Source: Saccostrea cucullata (Eukaryota). Taken from it: a stretch of 64,000 nt of DNA. The notes below the pieces were generated by a model that ran no database searches, was not told the DNA's origin, and was given only the letters and a program-made list of their open reading frames with translations. Shown here piece after piece: positions 41,901 through 53,571 of the stretch (position 1 is the stretch's first letter; each line of letters begins with the position of its first letter). The position numbers and the translations under genes are program-made. The stretch is from NCBI RefSeq assembly GCF_032062105.1, contig NW_026937360.1:434001-498000 (forward strand). Direction: 5' to 3'.

Positions 41901-42553
41901 GATATAACCTCTGTATGCTGGTAATGAAGGTACATTGCTGCACAAGTAAGGGAAGTAGACGATTGAAAAGTTCAAGTCATTAGGTTTATCATACAGCTTG
42001 GTTGGTAGATTACCATTAACGTCTTTCTCAAGTAAAATACCCAAATATGAAATAGCTGTGTCAGACTCCGTAGTATATTTTGTTCCAAGCTCACCGTGAT
42101 ATATCGTATCGACATAAGAATGGAAATAACCAGTGTTCATTGACAATACGTCGTCTAAATATATAAATGTCGAGTTGAAAATATTATAGTTTCATTGGAC
42201 ACGGTAATAGCTTTAGCTAGATAATTTGATTACATTTTCCTTTAAAATACAGAAAATCCCACCTTTGAAGTCTTAATTAACACTATTTAGGGAAAGACAT
42301 GCATATATACTTTGTAATATTTCCGTATAGTAAAATCAGTTATCCATTCAAAAGAAGTAACTCTTTATGAGTCATCGTTTTGTCCTTTACTTAGAAATTT
42401 AACTCCCAAAGTTGTCTTTTACTGAACGACCCTATTGACTTAAAGGTCAATTTACTCACCCGACCGTGCACCAACAGATATGATGACTACTGCAACTTGA
42501 AGTATGATCTGCAAAGACAGAGAAAGTAGGTCATTAGTAAGATAGTTTGACAT
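28753..42553 (-). CDS. Uncharacterised single-pass type I membrane protein: signal peptide, Ig-like domain, TM helix, long Tyr/Pro-motif cytoplasmic tail (~462 aa)
   Basis: Hand-built exons, all GT-AG and frame-consistent: 42553-42460, 40637-40492, 40103-39878, 39737-39702, 37296-37165 (TM: VLIIAVAGTFVTIFICLTVCILMFC then RKK), 37042-37024, 36776-36634, 35701-35606, 34278-34207, 33982-33902, (33667-33656 possible), 31544-31494, 31312-31232, 30743-30681, 30552-30469, 30269-30222, 28769-28753 (YKRDS*). The terminal exon is least certain. Confidence 0.75.
32670..33612. repeat. Interspersed repeat with subterminal inverted repeat (Crypton-like non-autonomous element, tentative)
   Basis: Starts with ...GATTCTGATTGGT and ends in the inverted pair AAGAAATGAATGTAATATTTTTTCC (~33504) / GGAAAAAATGTTACATTCATTTCTT (~33586); no TSD seen. 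Family assignment is recollection only. Confidence 0.35.
34430..35520 (+). mobile_element. Degenerate Penelope-like retroelement reverse transcriptase (frameshifts and stops)
   Basis: Fragments WIPKLHKNPYK, PLLADLFLYSY, FRHIDDVLSINN, SYFDILL, TKLYDKHDDFNFSIVNFP, PAYGVYIS are PLE RT motifs. Lies antisense in an intron of the receptor gene. Confidence 0.85.
35765..36055 (-). mobile_element. Penelope-like element 3' end fragment
   Basis: Matches the sequence that follows the RT in the 41500-42180 copy (ACACGGACCTCC...GAGGTGGGATCAGGTGCC...GCATCCCC). Confidence 0.7.
37271..37402. repeat. 66-bp tandem duplication covering the acceptor of the TM exon
   Basis: Units 37271-37336 and 37337-37402, nearly identical (CAGTTCTTGgTCATTCCTTTCAATGTCTGAAAAG...TTAACATTATGCTGAT). 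Confidence 0.9.
37564..38098. mobile_element. Mutator-like MITE (~105-bp TIRs, 9-bp TSD)
   Basis: TIR TAGCTGCAGATCTGTAGCTCTCCGAAAAA...; TSD CCTAAAGAA at 37555-37563 and 38099-38107. Long TIRs plus a 9-bp TSD are typical of MULEs. Confidence 0.85.
41500..42180 (-). mobile_element. 5'-truncated Penelope-like retroelement (RT C-terminus plus 3' UTR)
   Basis: YLDDVLSMN, FHSYVDTIY, TKLYDKPNDLNFSIVYFPYLCSN, AYRGYISQL; homologous to 34430-35520 and followed by the shared 3' repeat. Confidence 0.85.
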
Positions 42554-42671
42554 ACTTTTCTCATCTTTCTGACTCACAGACGAGAGGAAGTCGTTGAACT
42601 CGGAGGACACTGCATTGAGGATTGAGTGCAGCAAGTAATGGAGTGTGAGTAGATTGGTATCCTTTGTTGTG

Positions 42672-42680
42672 TTTTATATA
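42672..42680 (-). promoter_or_regulatory. Candidate TATA box of the receptor gene
   Basis: TATATAAAA on the minus strand ~120 bp upstream of the ATG at 42553. The background is AT-rich, so the evidence is weak. Confidence 0.35.
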
Positions 42681-45361
42681 AGAACTGCTAACTTATCTGT
42701 ACATAAAGTGTGTGTGAAGTCATACTTTTGAAATTACGTTTTATAAGGGGTGATGTTCTGAATTATGTCGTGTCCTGCTTATGCAACAGTTCAAACGATC
42801 TTTTTAACAACTATCCTTTCTCAGATTTGGATCCAAAATATGTTTAAAATTCTGACACCATGAGAAAAATGATACGTCAAAAAATATTTTTTTTTAAATC
42901 AAATGACCATTAATGATAATGACAACAAGGATTGGTGTGATGATGACGATGACAAAACATTGACAACTTCCTTTAACAATGACAATACACGACACTCACG
43001 GGGTATCGTCTATTTATTAATTTCGGAATGACAGTTTATAATAACTAATAATATAGTTATAATTGTCAGAATGACAGTTTATTCACGGGTACAATCATGT
43101 ATTTTTATAATAATTATTATGTAATACTTTATCACGACAATCTTTTTCAGTTTTGAAAATTATTATCTTGCTTAATTGATAAATTTGATTTGAAGTTCTG
43201 CAGTGTGGTCAATTCCTTTTAAATACATGTTACGTAGAAAATCTTGAAAAATTAAGATTTAGTGAATGTCATATTCATAAATATCTTTTATCTTTGCGAT
43301 GAGACATTTTCTCCCATAGATTAGGAAATATGGGAAATATCCCTTATATCATGATAATGATGCTGTATTTCACTTACCAGAATCTATGGGATTTATCCCA
43401 TGTTTCAAAATGTATGAGATAAAATGCCCCATCGTCAATATTCATGGGATTTATCCGATTTGAACACATTTTAAGGATTAAAAAATCCATTGAGAGAAAT
43501 TATTCCATCTGACACGTTTTCTCTTATTGGAGAAAGGTGGGGTAGTTGAAAGGACTAAAAATCTCAGAATTCTCTCGTGGGAGTTTGGGGGGCATTTCTA
43601 AAGGACTTCATATCTTTAAAAATAGACATCATTGTAAGTTCATCGTGACACCATGTACTGCTAAGAAATCCCACCAATTTTTTTAAACATTATATTTAGA
43701 ATTTGATGTAAAAAGTCTTGATAATGCTGCTCAAGGAGGTAAATGTCGTTCATTTTTTTTTTACAACTGTTTCATCACTGTTCGTATAATTGTTTAATAT
43801 ATGCATTTAGATATTTTTTTTCTGTTTCATGAAAGTGTCTATCAGAAAAGGTAAAAAATTCTTCAAGGACAACAAAAATCTTTCTTCATGCATGTATGAT
43901 ATTTATGCATGCAATTACTGGTTTATGATGAAGTTCATGCACCTGTGTAGCTTTTCTCTTTTTAAATTAAATTAGATATCTCACCTTGAGCAACATCGTT
44001 TAAAATCCCTTTACCTACACGTTACAAAGACACACACATATAAAATGACTTTAATTTTATTCTTATTTTCCTTTATAAACCATAAACTCTACCCATCTAT
44101 GCACAGGAAATCACGTGGTTCCTATTCAAAAGTGTACATTTCCATTATAAATAAGATAAGCAGCTTCAGTCATTGTAAAGTTTCTCTATTCTTTATATAA
44201 TTATAACAGTGAAAGATGAATTGTTAAGTAGAGGTACTCATCTTTTGTTGTGTGTACTTGAGACCCTGTTCACGTTTGGTGGTAGCCTGTGACAATCGAG
44301 TCTTCCTTGTAAACAAACCAGGTATGTCCCTGATGGTCAACTGGCGACATCTCTGTGTCGTTTGCAGCTGTATCCGCTTCCGAAAAAAGCGATTATTTAT
44401 TTTTCTTGCTGAATTGACGACGTCAATTAACGTTATAGGAGTAACCGCTTGTTTTTCTCTTCAAATTTGCAAAACATGTTTTATTTTTTAAATTTATCCT
44501 TTTGGAGGATACAATATATTAGAAGGTACTAGCATCATGCACTAGGAAAAAAATTGCGTAGATCTCTCCTGTGGCACATTTTTGAGTCTCAATCCTATTT
44601 AAATACAATACAATATAGAGACAGAATCTTATTTTGATTACCGATATATAAATATAAATTTAATGTTATTTTAGAAAAATTTCAGATTTTCAACATAGTA
44701 TGTATCCACAGTTTTTCTTCCTTCCCCTAATTTGGTAATTTTGGTATTTTACTGTCGGAAGTCTGGCGTTTCATTGTAAAGCATCTTCTACACTCTAGAT
44801 AGGTCTACAGTATCAAAGACCAAGAGAAGTCCATCATCAATTGCAACAATTGCTTATTTAATAAATCTTTTAAAACATTTTTATCAGTTTTAAAGGTTAG
44901 AATTATGTTTCTGTTTGATGAAAGATAAGAATAATCTTAATTTATGACTTCTATTTTCCCAGCTGATATGAAAAGGACAAAAGAGACAAATGAATATTGA
45001 AGGTGTCTTTTATTGATCTAAATGAAGGCTTTTGTCAATAAACATGTGCAAAATTGTACTTGATATAAACATCAAAGGTTTCCAACAAAAATGGACAATT
45101 GTTCTTTATACATATAAAATACTTCTTACATACATGTACATGTATAATAATAACAGAACACAGACTCGATATTAACCACTGTTTGCTGAAAATTATTGTA
45201 AAACATGTATATAGTTTTCTTCATACAAATCAAAATCAAGAATTTAACATGTAAACACAGAGAGTATACAATATATTTTGAAAAGTTGAGAAGTTTAGAG
45301 AAAATAGTGTAACAAGTTCAAAAACTATTTTTTTTTCGAGTTAAGGTTTCAACTGCAATGT

Positions 45362-45633
45362 TGTAAGGGATGCCTGCCTTCACCTGGAAACACCACCATC
45401 ATTTGCCTGTGGATAGCTGCAAATTGTGCCCTTAACTTGGCACTTAGGGCCGTTGAGCAGTAAGGGATCTTTTTCGTGCCATCACCTATACTGACACATG
45501 GGACCTCGGTTTTTCTGGTCTCATCCGAAAGACCGGTCTTCACCTCCCACAATGGAATTCAACCCGCGCCATAACAATCTACTTCTTATTCCGCGACTCT
45601 AGACCAAATGCTCTTACCATAGCGCCATGCGAC
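45362..45633 (-). mobile_element. tRNA-derived SINE, diverged copy
   Basis: GGGATCTTTTTCGTGCC...GGACCTCGGTTTTTCTGGTCTCATCCGAA core and an A-box remnant; tail missing. Confidence 0.75.
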
Positions 45634-45639
45634 AGACTC

Positions 45640-45910
45640 TATTATTCGGTCAAATGCTGATTGACGTTTTTCATACTTACTGTTAGGCCATTTTTTACAC
45701 ATGGAATTGTCGACGAATTTTTCCGTAATTTTCTAAATCATGTACATGTAAAGGAGCTTAAGGCGAATGTGACCCGGTCAGCGGGGGATGCTCACTCCTC
45801 CATGGGATTTAATCCCATTTCTGATGTTTAAGAGGTCCGTGTTTTCTCTGCTCCTGCTCTGTGTTGTTTAATACAGTTTGAGTTTGAATACTGTTTGTCA
45901 CCCATATGTT
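45640..45910 (+). mobile_element. Penelope-like element 3' end fragment
   Basis: GTGACCCGGTCAGCGGGGGATGCTCACTCCTCCATGG...GAGGTCCGTGTT, shared with the other copies. Confidence 0.7.
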
Positions 45911-45969
45911 TTATCCCGTGCCTTGAACGTTAATGCGTTGTACTTACATTAAACAGACATTCAATAATC

Positions 45970-46610
45970 AGCTGTAGATTTCAAAGGGTGATGCTAGCGA
46001 GATCGAAAGGTCGTGTGTTAGAATCTGGCTGCAACCGACTTAAATCGATAAAAATAAAATATGAATTGTTTCCGGCACTGTGATTGATGGCTTGAATGAT
46101 TGATTGTTGTTTAAGTTTCTCTCGAGAATATTTCCCTCATATGGAGACGGCACTAGCTGCCGATGGAGAACTACAAATTTTGACCTATACGTGGCCCTCA
46201 GGGCCATTGAGCAGTGAGGGATCTATTTCGTGCCAGCACCTACTGCAACACGGGACCTTTGTTTATATGGTCTCATCCGAAGGACCGGTCTCCACGCCCC
46301 TCCGTGAGATTCAAATCCGCGACGTAAGGATCAATTCCTTAGTTCGCCACTCTAGAACAGATGCTCTAACTACTGTGCCACGCGCGGGCGATTCGGCACT
46401 TTGATGAGTTGCGGGTCATTCGGATGAGACATTAATTAAAAAACCGAGTCAAGACACATGCAGCCGTTAGCACAATAAAGCACCCTTACGCTCAATGGTC
46501 CTGAGTGCCGATTAAAGATCTAAATTTCAAGCCCTTCTCCAGTATATAATGAAGTCTGCCGGTCCATTCAATGAAAAATTCTTGAACAACATACAATCGA
46601 CCTATCAATC
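45970..46610 (+). mobile_element. Older SINE interrupted by a younger SINE
   Basis: Head remnant at 45970-46079 resumes at 46401 with CGGATGAGAC...AAACCGAG...GCTCAATGGTCCTGAGTGCCG...AAAAATTCT and a decayed CAATC tail. Confidence 0.6.
46080..46393 (-). mobile_element. tRNA-derived SINE, nested insertion
   Basis: Full-length copy of the 2709/5900 family, flanked by CGGCACT at 46073-46079 and 46394-46400. Confidence 0.85.
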
Positions 46611-47143
46611 CAAAGGGTGATTTGGCAAATATTATGTTAAATGGATTGGTTGAGGGATTCTTTTAAAGTCTTATAATAGCTCCCCGCCAGCAAGAAAATG
46701 AAAATTCCGAAACCGTAAGTTGTTGCACATCTACAGAATTCCTTCTATCATATTTTAACAGTTGTTTGGTTATTCTGTAAAATATAGGGGAAAAGGACAG
46801 AGGAAGATGTATCTGCAAAGAAAGCATTTCTTATTCTTCAGATGGCCTCTCCAATGATATTAACAATTATGAAACGTTAATGCACATTCGCAAGACATCT
46901 ACACAATCATATCATATTCTTTAAAATCAGTGGTCTACCCAGCTAAAATTTTAAGAGGATTCGAGGAAGTAAATATTTGACGGATGAACCAATGGAAACA
47001 TTTGATTACAATCAGTGAATAGTACATCATACTGTATGCGCTGCTTACTGGAGGCCTCTTGGTGCGTTTGGTTGTAAGTGATCTAAAGGAAATCAATGAT
47101 AAAAAGATTAACTCTTAATTCTATTTTATAGAAATGTTATATA

Positions 47144-48775
47144 CAGTAAAACTTCTCTAAACCGGCCGGCTGCGGATTGAATGAAATGGCCGGTTTAGAG
47201 GGGTGGCCGGTTTACCAAATTCAGCATGTTGTATAGGTATAACAATTATTGAACAATGTAAAATTTCTTGTTTGCTGCTTGATCAACTCAATAAGATGTT
47301 TAAGCAATTTGTTAATATTTCAGTAATTAGATATTAAAGCCTTCTAATATACGAAAATATAAATAATCTTATATAATGGCACTTAAAAACCAGTGTTGTC
47401 TGTGCAGTCTTGGGTCGCTTCATCACAAGCAAATCTTCAGGTTGTAGAATGATTTCTCCGGCTTCATGGATTCCTCTGTTGTCAGGTTGTGGATCTTTCT
47501 TAATTCCTGTAGTGTATTTTTCTAATTCATTGGAGGCTCTCATGCTGGTCTAACTGCGGTGACTGTTTCTTCTTCATCTTCACTGTCAAGAGTTTCTTGG
47601 CGTTGGTTAGGGCCGAGAAGATCCTTCTCCCAGTCATCAGAATCATCTTCTGTCGGAACACTACCATCAAAGTTGCTGTCAAAGTCACTTGCGAGGCGAG
47701 TTGAGTTGAATCAGCGGGATGTCATCATTTTCATCATATTTATTGATGTATGGTTCTTCTTAGTCTGGGCTAGGAAATCCTGCACGTCTAAAACACTTCT
47801 AAAAGGTGGAATCTTTAGTGTCTTTCCAGGCTCTTGATATCCAGTAGATGGCATTAAGAATGGAAATTTCCTTGCCGAGTTCTGTTGCTGATTGGGTCAG
47901 GTCAATTTTGGTGATGAGGGACTTGATCATCAGCTTTCTGTTTCGAGCTTTGAAGGCATAAATCACACCTTAATCCAAAGTGCAGAAGCACAGAAGTTGT
48001 GTTTGTGGGGAGGAATATCAATTTCACATTGCTGAGTCTCAGTTCATGCGAATGGGAGGAAACATTGTCCAGGAACATCAGAATGTGTCTTTTCTGTTTT
48101 TGTCATGTTGACGGTAAGGATCCAGTTGTTAAAGAATTCTGAAGTCATCCAATCCTTCTTGTTAGCGGTGTAGTCAACTGGCAGCGTAGTCTTCTTGATG
48201 TTTTTGAAGCATCTTGGCTGGTTTGATTTCCCGATCACTAGGGGCTTTAGTGTTTCACAAGTAGCACTGCAAGCAAACATAACTGTGAGTTCTTTAGCAC
48301 TACTGTCGCCTTTACATATGATGTCTTTATTGTTGAGAGTTTTGTCATGTAGAGGACGATAGAAACAAGTCTATCTGATCACAAAGATGTCCTCTGGGTT
48401 GTAGTGAGCTGTGATATCAAGACGTCTTTGTCTGTAAACTTCGACTGTCAATGTGTCAACATTTTCACTTTCTCCGCTATCTTGAATTCGATCTGTCACA
48501 GAATATCTGTTCTTCCATCTGTCGAGCTAACCATTTGAAACCTTGAACCCCGGGATCTGTAATTCCGCCGCATACTTGAGAGCCTTCTCTTGGATATTAG
48601 GTCCGGAAATCGGAATGCCTTTAGCACGGGTTGTAGAAAACTACTTGAACACATCATTGATGTCAAAGAACTTACACGTTGTGTTGAATCTGGATTTCTT
48701 GGGACTTGCGTTCTTTTCAAATTGCTCAAGGTAGAACTCTTTCTTTCGTAAGATGTCACCCACAGTTGGCTTTAC
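47144..48775 (-). mobile_element. Degenerate pogo/Tigger DNA transposon (CENP-B-like HTH plus DDE remnants)
   Basis: TA|CAGTAAAACTTCTCTAAACCGG Tigger-like terminus at 47144. Broken minus-strand frames read IPISGPNIQEKA, FKVSNG*LDRWKNR, LKPLVIGKSNQPRCFKN, LPVDYTANKKDWMTS, MFLDN, FLPTNTTS. Second terminus not found. Confidence 0.85.
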
Positions 48776-48879
48776 ACGAAAAGATTAAAACTGTAAATAT
48801 TAAGCGAACATTTTTTTTTCATCATAATGAATACTTTGTGTACATGTACTTTTTTACTGTATGAAATACATATAGTACT

Positions 48880-49075
48880 ATATGGAGATAATATTCAAAC
48901 TCAAAAGTCTATTGAACAATAAAGATCAGGAGCAGAACAAACACGGACCTCTAAAACTCAGGGGTGGGATCAGGTGCCATGTTGAGGGAGCATACACTGC
49001 CGACCGGTCACACCCGGCCGCCGTGTGTCATGATCGGGAAATAAGGGTGAAATCTATGGACAATTCAGTGTTTAC
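48880..49075 (-). mobile_element. Penelope-like element 3' end fragment
   Basis: AAACACGGACCTCT...GGTGGGATCAGGTGCCATG...CGACCGGTCACACCCG; explains ORF 48882-49241. Confidence 0.7.
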
Positions 49076-51315
49076 AAGTATGTGTTTTACTGGATATCAA
49101 CCCCTCTGTGAAACAGGAGTTACGGAAAATAAAAGTGTTAGTGACCTACCATATAATGCTGACATTACATGTACAAGTACAGAAGATAAGATGTTGAAAT
49201 CGAGGTTAATATACTACAATATGTATTATATTATCTGCTGATTCGTTGTTTAGATATGTAATACTATAATAATGCTGTAATTTAATTGAGCCATGATGTA
49301 AGGGAATAATATTGCTTTGTTCATGTGTATGGTGTTAATTTCGTATGGATTTCGTATCTTTTAAATATAGTAAAATCCTGTGGTATTTCTTGCTACATAT
49401 AATTAAAAATTAATTCAATATTTTGTAACATTGTTGTCTGGCTAGCCCCTGAACTGAGTCGGCGAATTTAATTAAAATCAGTGACAATGCAAGCTAAAAT
49501 TTATTTCGTAATAATATCATAACGGCAATGTTTGATTTTTTCATGAATTAATACCAGCACCAGTATGCGAGCCTAATAGATAGACTTTTTTTTCTTTTTC
49601 GTTCATTAACTACTGTACCGCCAGTACGTTATGTTTTATAGGATAATAACCTGATCTAGTCGTGAAAACTGAATGAAACACTTACACAAACTATTATATG
49701 TTACATCATAGATTGCAATACGCTGTTACTCGGCCGGGCGCTGACCTGTATAGAAACACTACCATGTATGTATACATGTACAAAGCTGAAGGAGAAAAAG
49801 TCAGAATATTTGAAGATAAATATCAATGCAACGTCTTTACGATATTTTATTTCCCTGTCCATCAAAATAATTTTCACAGACTTAAATAAATAATTATGAT
49901 GTTATTTCTATTATATTATTGTGTCGTTTGAATTTAAAAATTAAGTGAATGAATAATGTTTTTTAAGTTTCAAACGAGAGTGAAAGAAGAATACTAAACA
50001 TGTGTCTTTTTTTTCTCTCGTACACTTATTTGTTCCTACATCAGGCATATGGGGACGATTGCTGAAAAATGAAATCGATAATACAAGGATTTTTATGTCC
50101 ATGTACATAAATCATATAATCTTGGTTATCGATATTAATCGATGACATCGATGCTTGTCCTGTAATCGATTACTTTAAAGAATACATGTATTGTATAATA
50201 AAATAAATTATTATTTATAATATTAAAATTTTATTTTAAGTTGAGTGTTACTCATTGTAGGGAGAAAGTTTTGGAATATATGAGTAATTGAATAAGTTGT
50301 ATCGGGGTCGTAGATAGAAAGAAAGAAAGAAGTGACTCATATTGAATTTAATTTCCTAATAAGGACAATGCAGCAAAACTCAGAGGGCATGGCGTTTATC
50401 TATATTTTTTATTCACTCTGGCCAGAACTTTGATTTACTGATTTGTACATGTAAATGAACAAGTCATAGAGCAAATCAATTTACAGTAATTAAATTGAGG
50501 TTGCGTATAAGATTGTTCACAAAGCCATTCATTTACTTTGATCAATGAAGATTATAGGTTTCAGAGCTGAAATTTTGCTGAAAGTTCCGTTAAGTTAGCT
50601 TAGGTAAGTTAGGTTAATTTCTTTCTGTTTGTTATGTTTGCTTTCTTTTATCTAGTATATTACAAAAATACACGTGAACATGTAAGGATGTATAGATGCA
50701 GAATATTAGGGACAAAAATTCTAATCTACATTTTAAAATGATTTATTACTATAGTACTAGTAATTGAAAGTAATTTTGTTTGAGACTTAAAATCCTCATC
50801 ATGGAGATAACTTGCATTAATACGATTTGCACTAGTACTCCATTTGTATCCCAGAAAAAAACAATCAGTGAGAAAGTTATTGCAGTTCTAAAAATCAAAT
50901 TTTTCCCTTTCTTATGATTGAACGTATATATGAAATAAAATGAATGGGAAATTATTTAACATTCTTGAAAATCACATTTTAGAAATGGAGTAAAGTGGAA
51001 TAAAATCAGGTGCTTGATTTTTTTAACCTTTCTTTTCATAAATGAAAACACCATTCTTTAATAATGCATGAGAAAAAAATTAAAAACGTCTTGTGAAGAA
51101 AAAAAACATATGAAATACATGTAAAAAGTCCCAAGGGAAAATATACATGTTCTTTCATTTCTCTTGAAAATCAGTTGTAAAAAAAATAAATAACAGCTTT
51201 ATTTTTTCATTTAAGAAATCAATCATATCTCATTATGCATATGATGATATTCTGACATTACATTGGCTGAATTTAAGTCGGGTTCGGAAACCTGGCCCAG
51301 CAGGTGTTTTAGAAC

Positions 51316-53571
51316 ATGTCTGCGCCCATGAGTGTTGCTAACGCCGCTGCGAACGGCGATTTAACGGTAAATACTCTTATTTTTGAAAATTAAGACATTA
51401 ATTTTTGCTTCATAACAAAATTTCTGAAATGTGTATCAACTTGAAGCACAATAAATGTTATATGCCTTCGCATTTCTTTCCTGTTAGAAAATTTACCTCC
51501 GAATTTCCTCTTTTTAAAATAATAAACGAAACAATGTTGTAAACTTTTAAAATTGTCCATATAGTATTTCTTCTAAACATAAAATGTACTTTACATTGAA
51601 ATATATTGTTTCTTTTTAAAATGTTTCAATTTTGGATGCTGACGGATTTAAATTAAAATCAATTAAGTCGGTTAGAAAATAATGTCTTTGTGTTTTGCAG
51701 CTCTTGAAACAAACACTGAGACAGGGTGCAAATGTGAACGAGAGATCTAAAGATGGGATGTCTCCACTTGCGTTGGCAGCTTTCTGGGGATATGCAGATG
51801 TGGTTGAATGCCTGTTAAATCATGGGTATATCTTCTAAAAACTTGTAAAATATATACTGAATCTTAACTTATTACAATGTGTATCACCAGCTTCCTAAGG
51901 CTTGAATGTGTGACTGGAAATTTGCCTGTCCCAAATGAAATGGTATCCCTAATATCTATACAGAGCATGGTATACATAGCAACCTGACTTGTTATACCAA
52001 GAATGACTGGCTTATACACATTTCATATAGTTTGAATAATGCAAGAATTGCCAAAATTTTCAAATGTGGGAGCATTTAAATTCGGCAACTCAACAAATAC
52101 AATCATTTCCAATATCATTATATCCCCCACTTGAAAAGTGGGAGGGTTTATAGTGATCAGGATGTCCATCTGTCTATCGAACTATTACACTTTTGTGTAC
52201 CTTGATCTCTCTTGTACGCAACTCCTCTTTTACCGCAGAATGATTTTAATGAGGCTTTCATTGAATCTTTGTTATACCAGGGTATACAATTAATGTAAAT
52301 TTGATTCTATGTCTTATACATTGTGTTCTCAGATATTATAATGCATTAATTTCATCTTCTTTTTTTACAATTGTCAAAGACTGATTTTGAATTATCATTT
52401 AATAGAGCGGATGTAAACATCTGCAACAAAGGAACACAGTGGACTGCTTTGCACTGTGCTGCCTTTCAAGGTCATGGGAAAGTCATCATGAAACTAATGG
52501 AACATAATCCAAATACGGAGCTGAAAGACAACCAGGGCAGGTAAATATTGTAAGGGGGGAAAAGTGTCAACAGTGAAGGGATTATGTTTGCTGTGATATG
52601 ACCAATATATGAGAGCATGTTCTCTGTACATATACATGTACACATAAGAATTACACACTTTTATAATAGACAGATGTTCTTCTTATGTATGACATTTTTA
52701 TTACAGAACTGCTGTTGATTTTGCCTCGGCCATGGATGCTATTTGGCCATTCTTTGCAGGTATGGATTTTGTAAAAAATAATCTGGAGATATTAATTAAG
52801 TTTAAACAAACAACATGTACAACTCTTTAATGTCTTTTATAAATTAATTAATACAAAGAATGTCCTAGTAGTTGAACTATAATCTCTTGATTTTCTTGTG
52901 ATTTTATTTTTTAGCTGCTGGCTGCAAGAGAACACCAAAGTCTGAGTTAATTAGAATGGATATTGTCAAAAGGGTTAGCTTTTCTTATCTTACATCCACA
53001 GTCAAACCTTGTTTTCTCATGCAGACTCGATGGCATTTTTGTAAAACGTTAAAATATTTGAGGATCCCAGAAATTGAGGATAAAATTATTTTGAAAATAT
53101 TTTGACAGATAAGTAATTTGAATTTTCAAATCACTTCAAAAATTTTATTGTACTCGAGATATCAGTGTTAAAATTGCTATACTATTGTTCAACGGTGTAT
53201 TGAATAATACAAATAATCAGCAGTTTATAATGGTATAAGTACTGTTGCATGTGCTGTATACGCCTGTATACACATATAAAAAATCATGAAGTTCAAATTA
53301 AATGAATTGTTTTTAGAAATAACCCAAGAACACTTATTTTCAGGTGACACATGTGGATCCAACACTCCCTAAGTCTGAGATTGCTCACTTCTCCCGCCCG
53401 GGGTCAGCGTATGTGATAAAATCCCAGCCCTTACATGGGAACAATCCCACAGACACCAATATGGCTGTGGCTTCTATGAATGGAGACGTTCTAGCGGGCC
53501 TCCCAGAGGAGCCAGAGGTTCCAAGTTCAAGGACACCACAAATTAATCTAGCAGTGTTCAACAACATGTAA
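51316..53571 (+). CDS. Ankyrin-repeat protein, 216 aa, 6 exons
   Basis: Exons 51316-51366, 51701-51825, 52406-52540, 52707-52759, 52915-52973, 53344-53571; all GT-AG, 651 nt. ANK motifs AAANGDL, GANVN, GMSPLALAAFWGYADVVECLLNHGADVN, WTALHCAAFQGHGKVIMKLM, GRTAVDFA. Confidence 0.92.

Noticed and set aside
43290-43500. Spaced TATGGGATTTATCC-like repeats resembling an array
   Set aside because: Few, irregular, degenerate copies in eukaryotic DNA; most likely decayed transposon subterminal repeats, not CRISPR.
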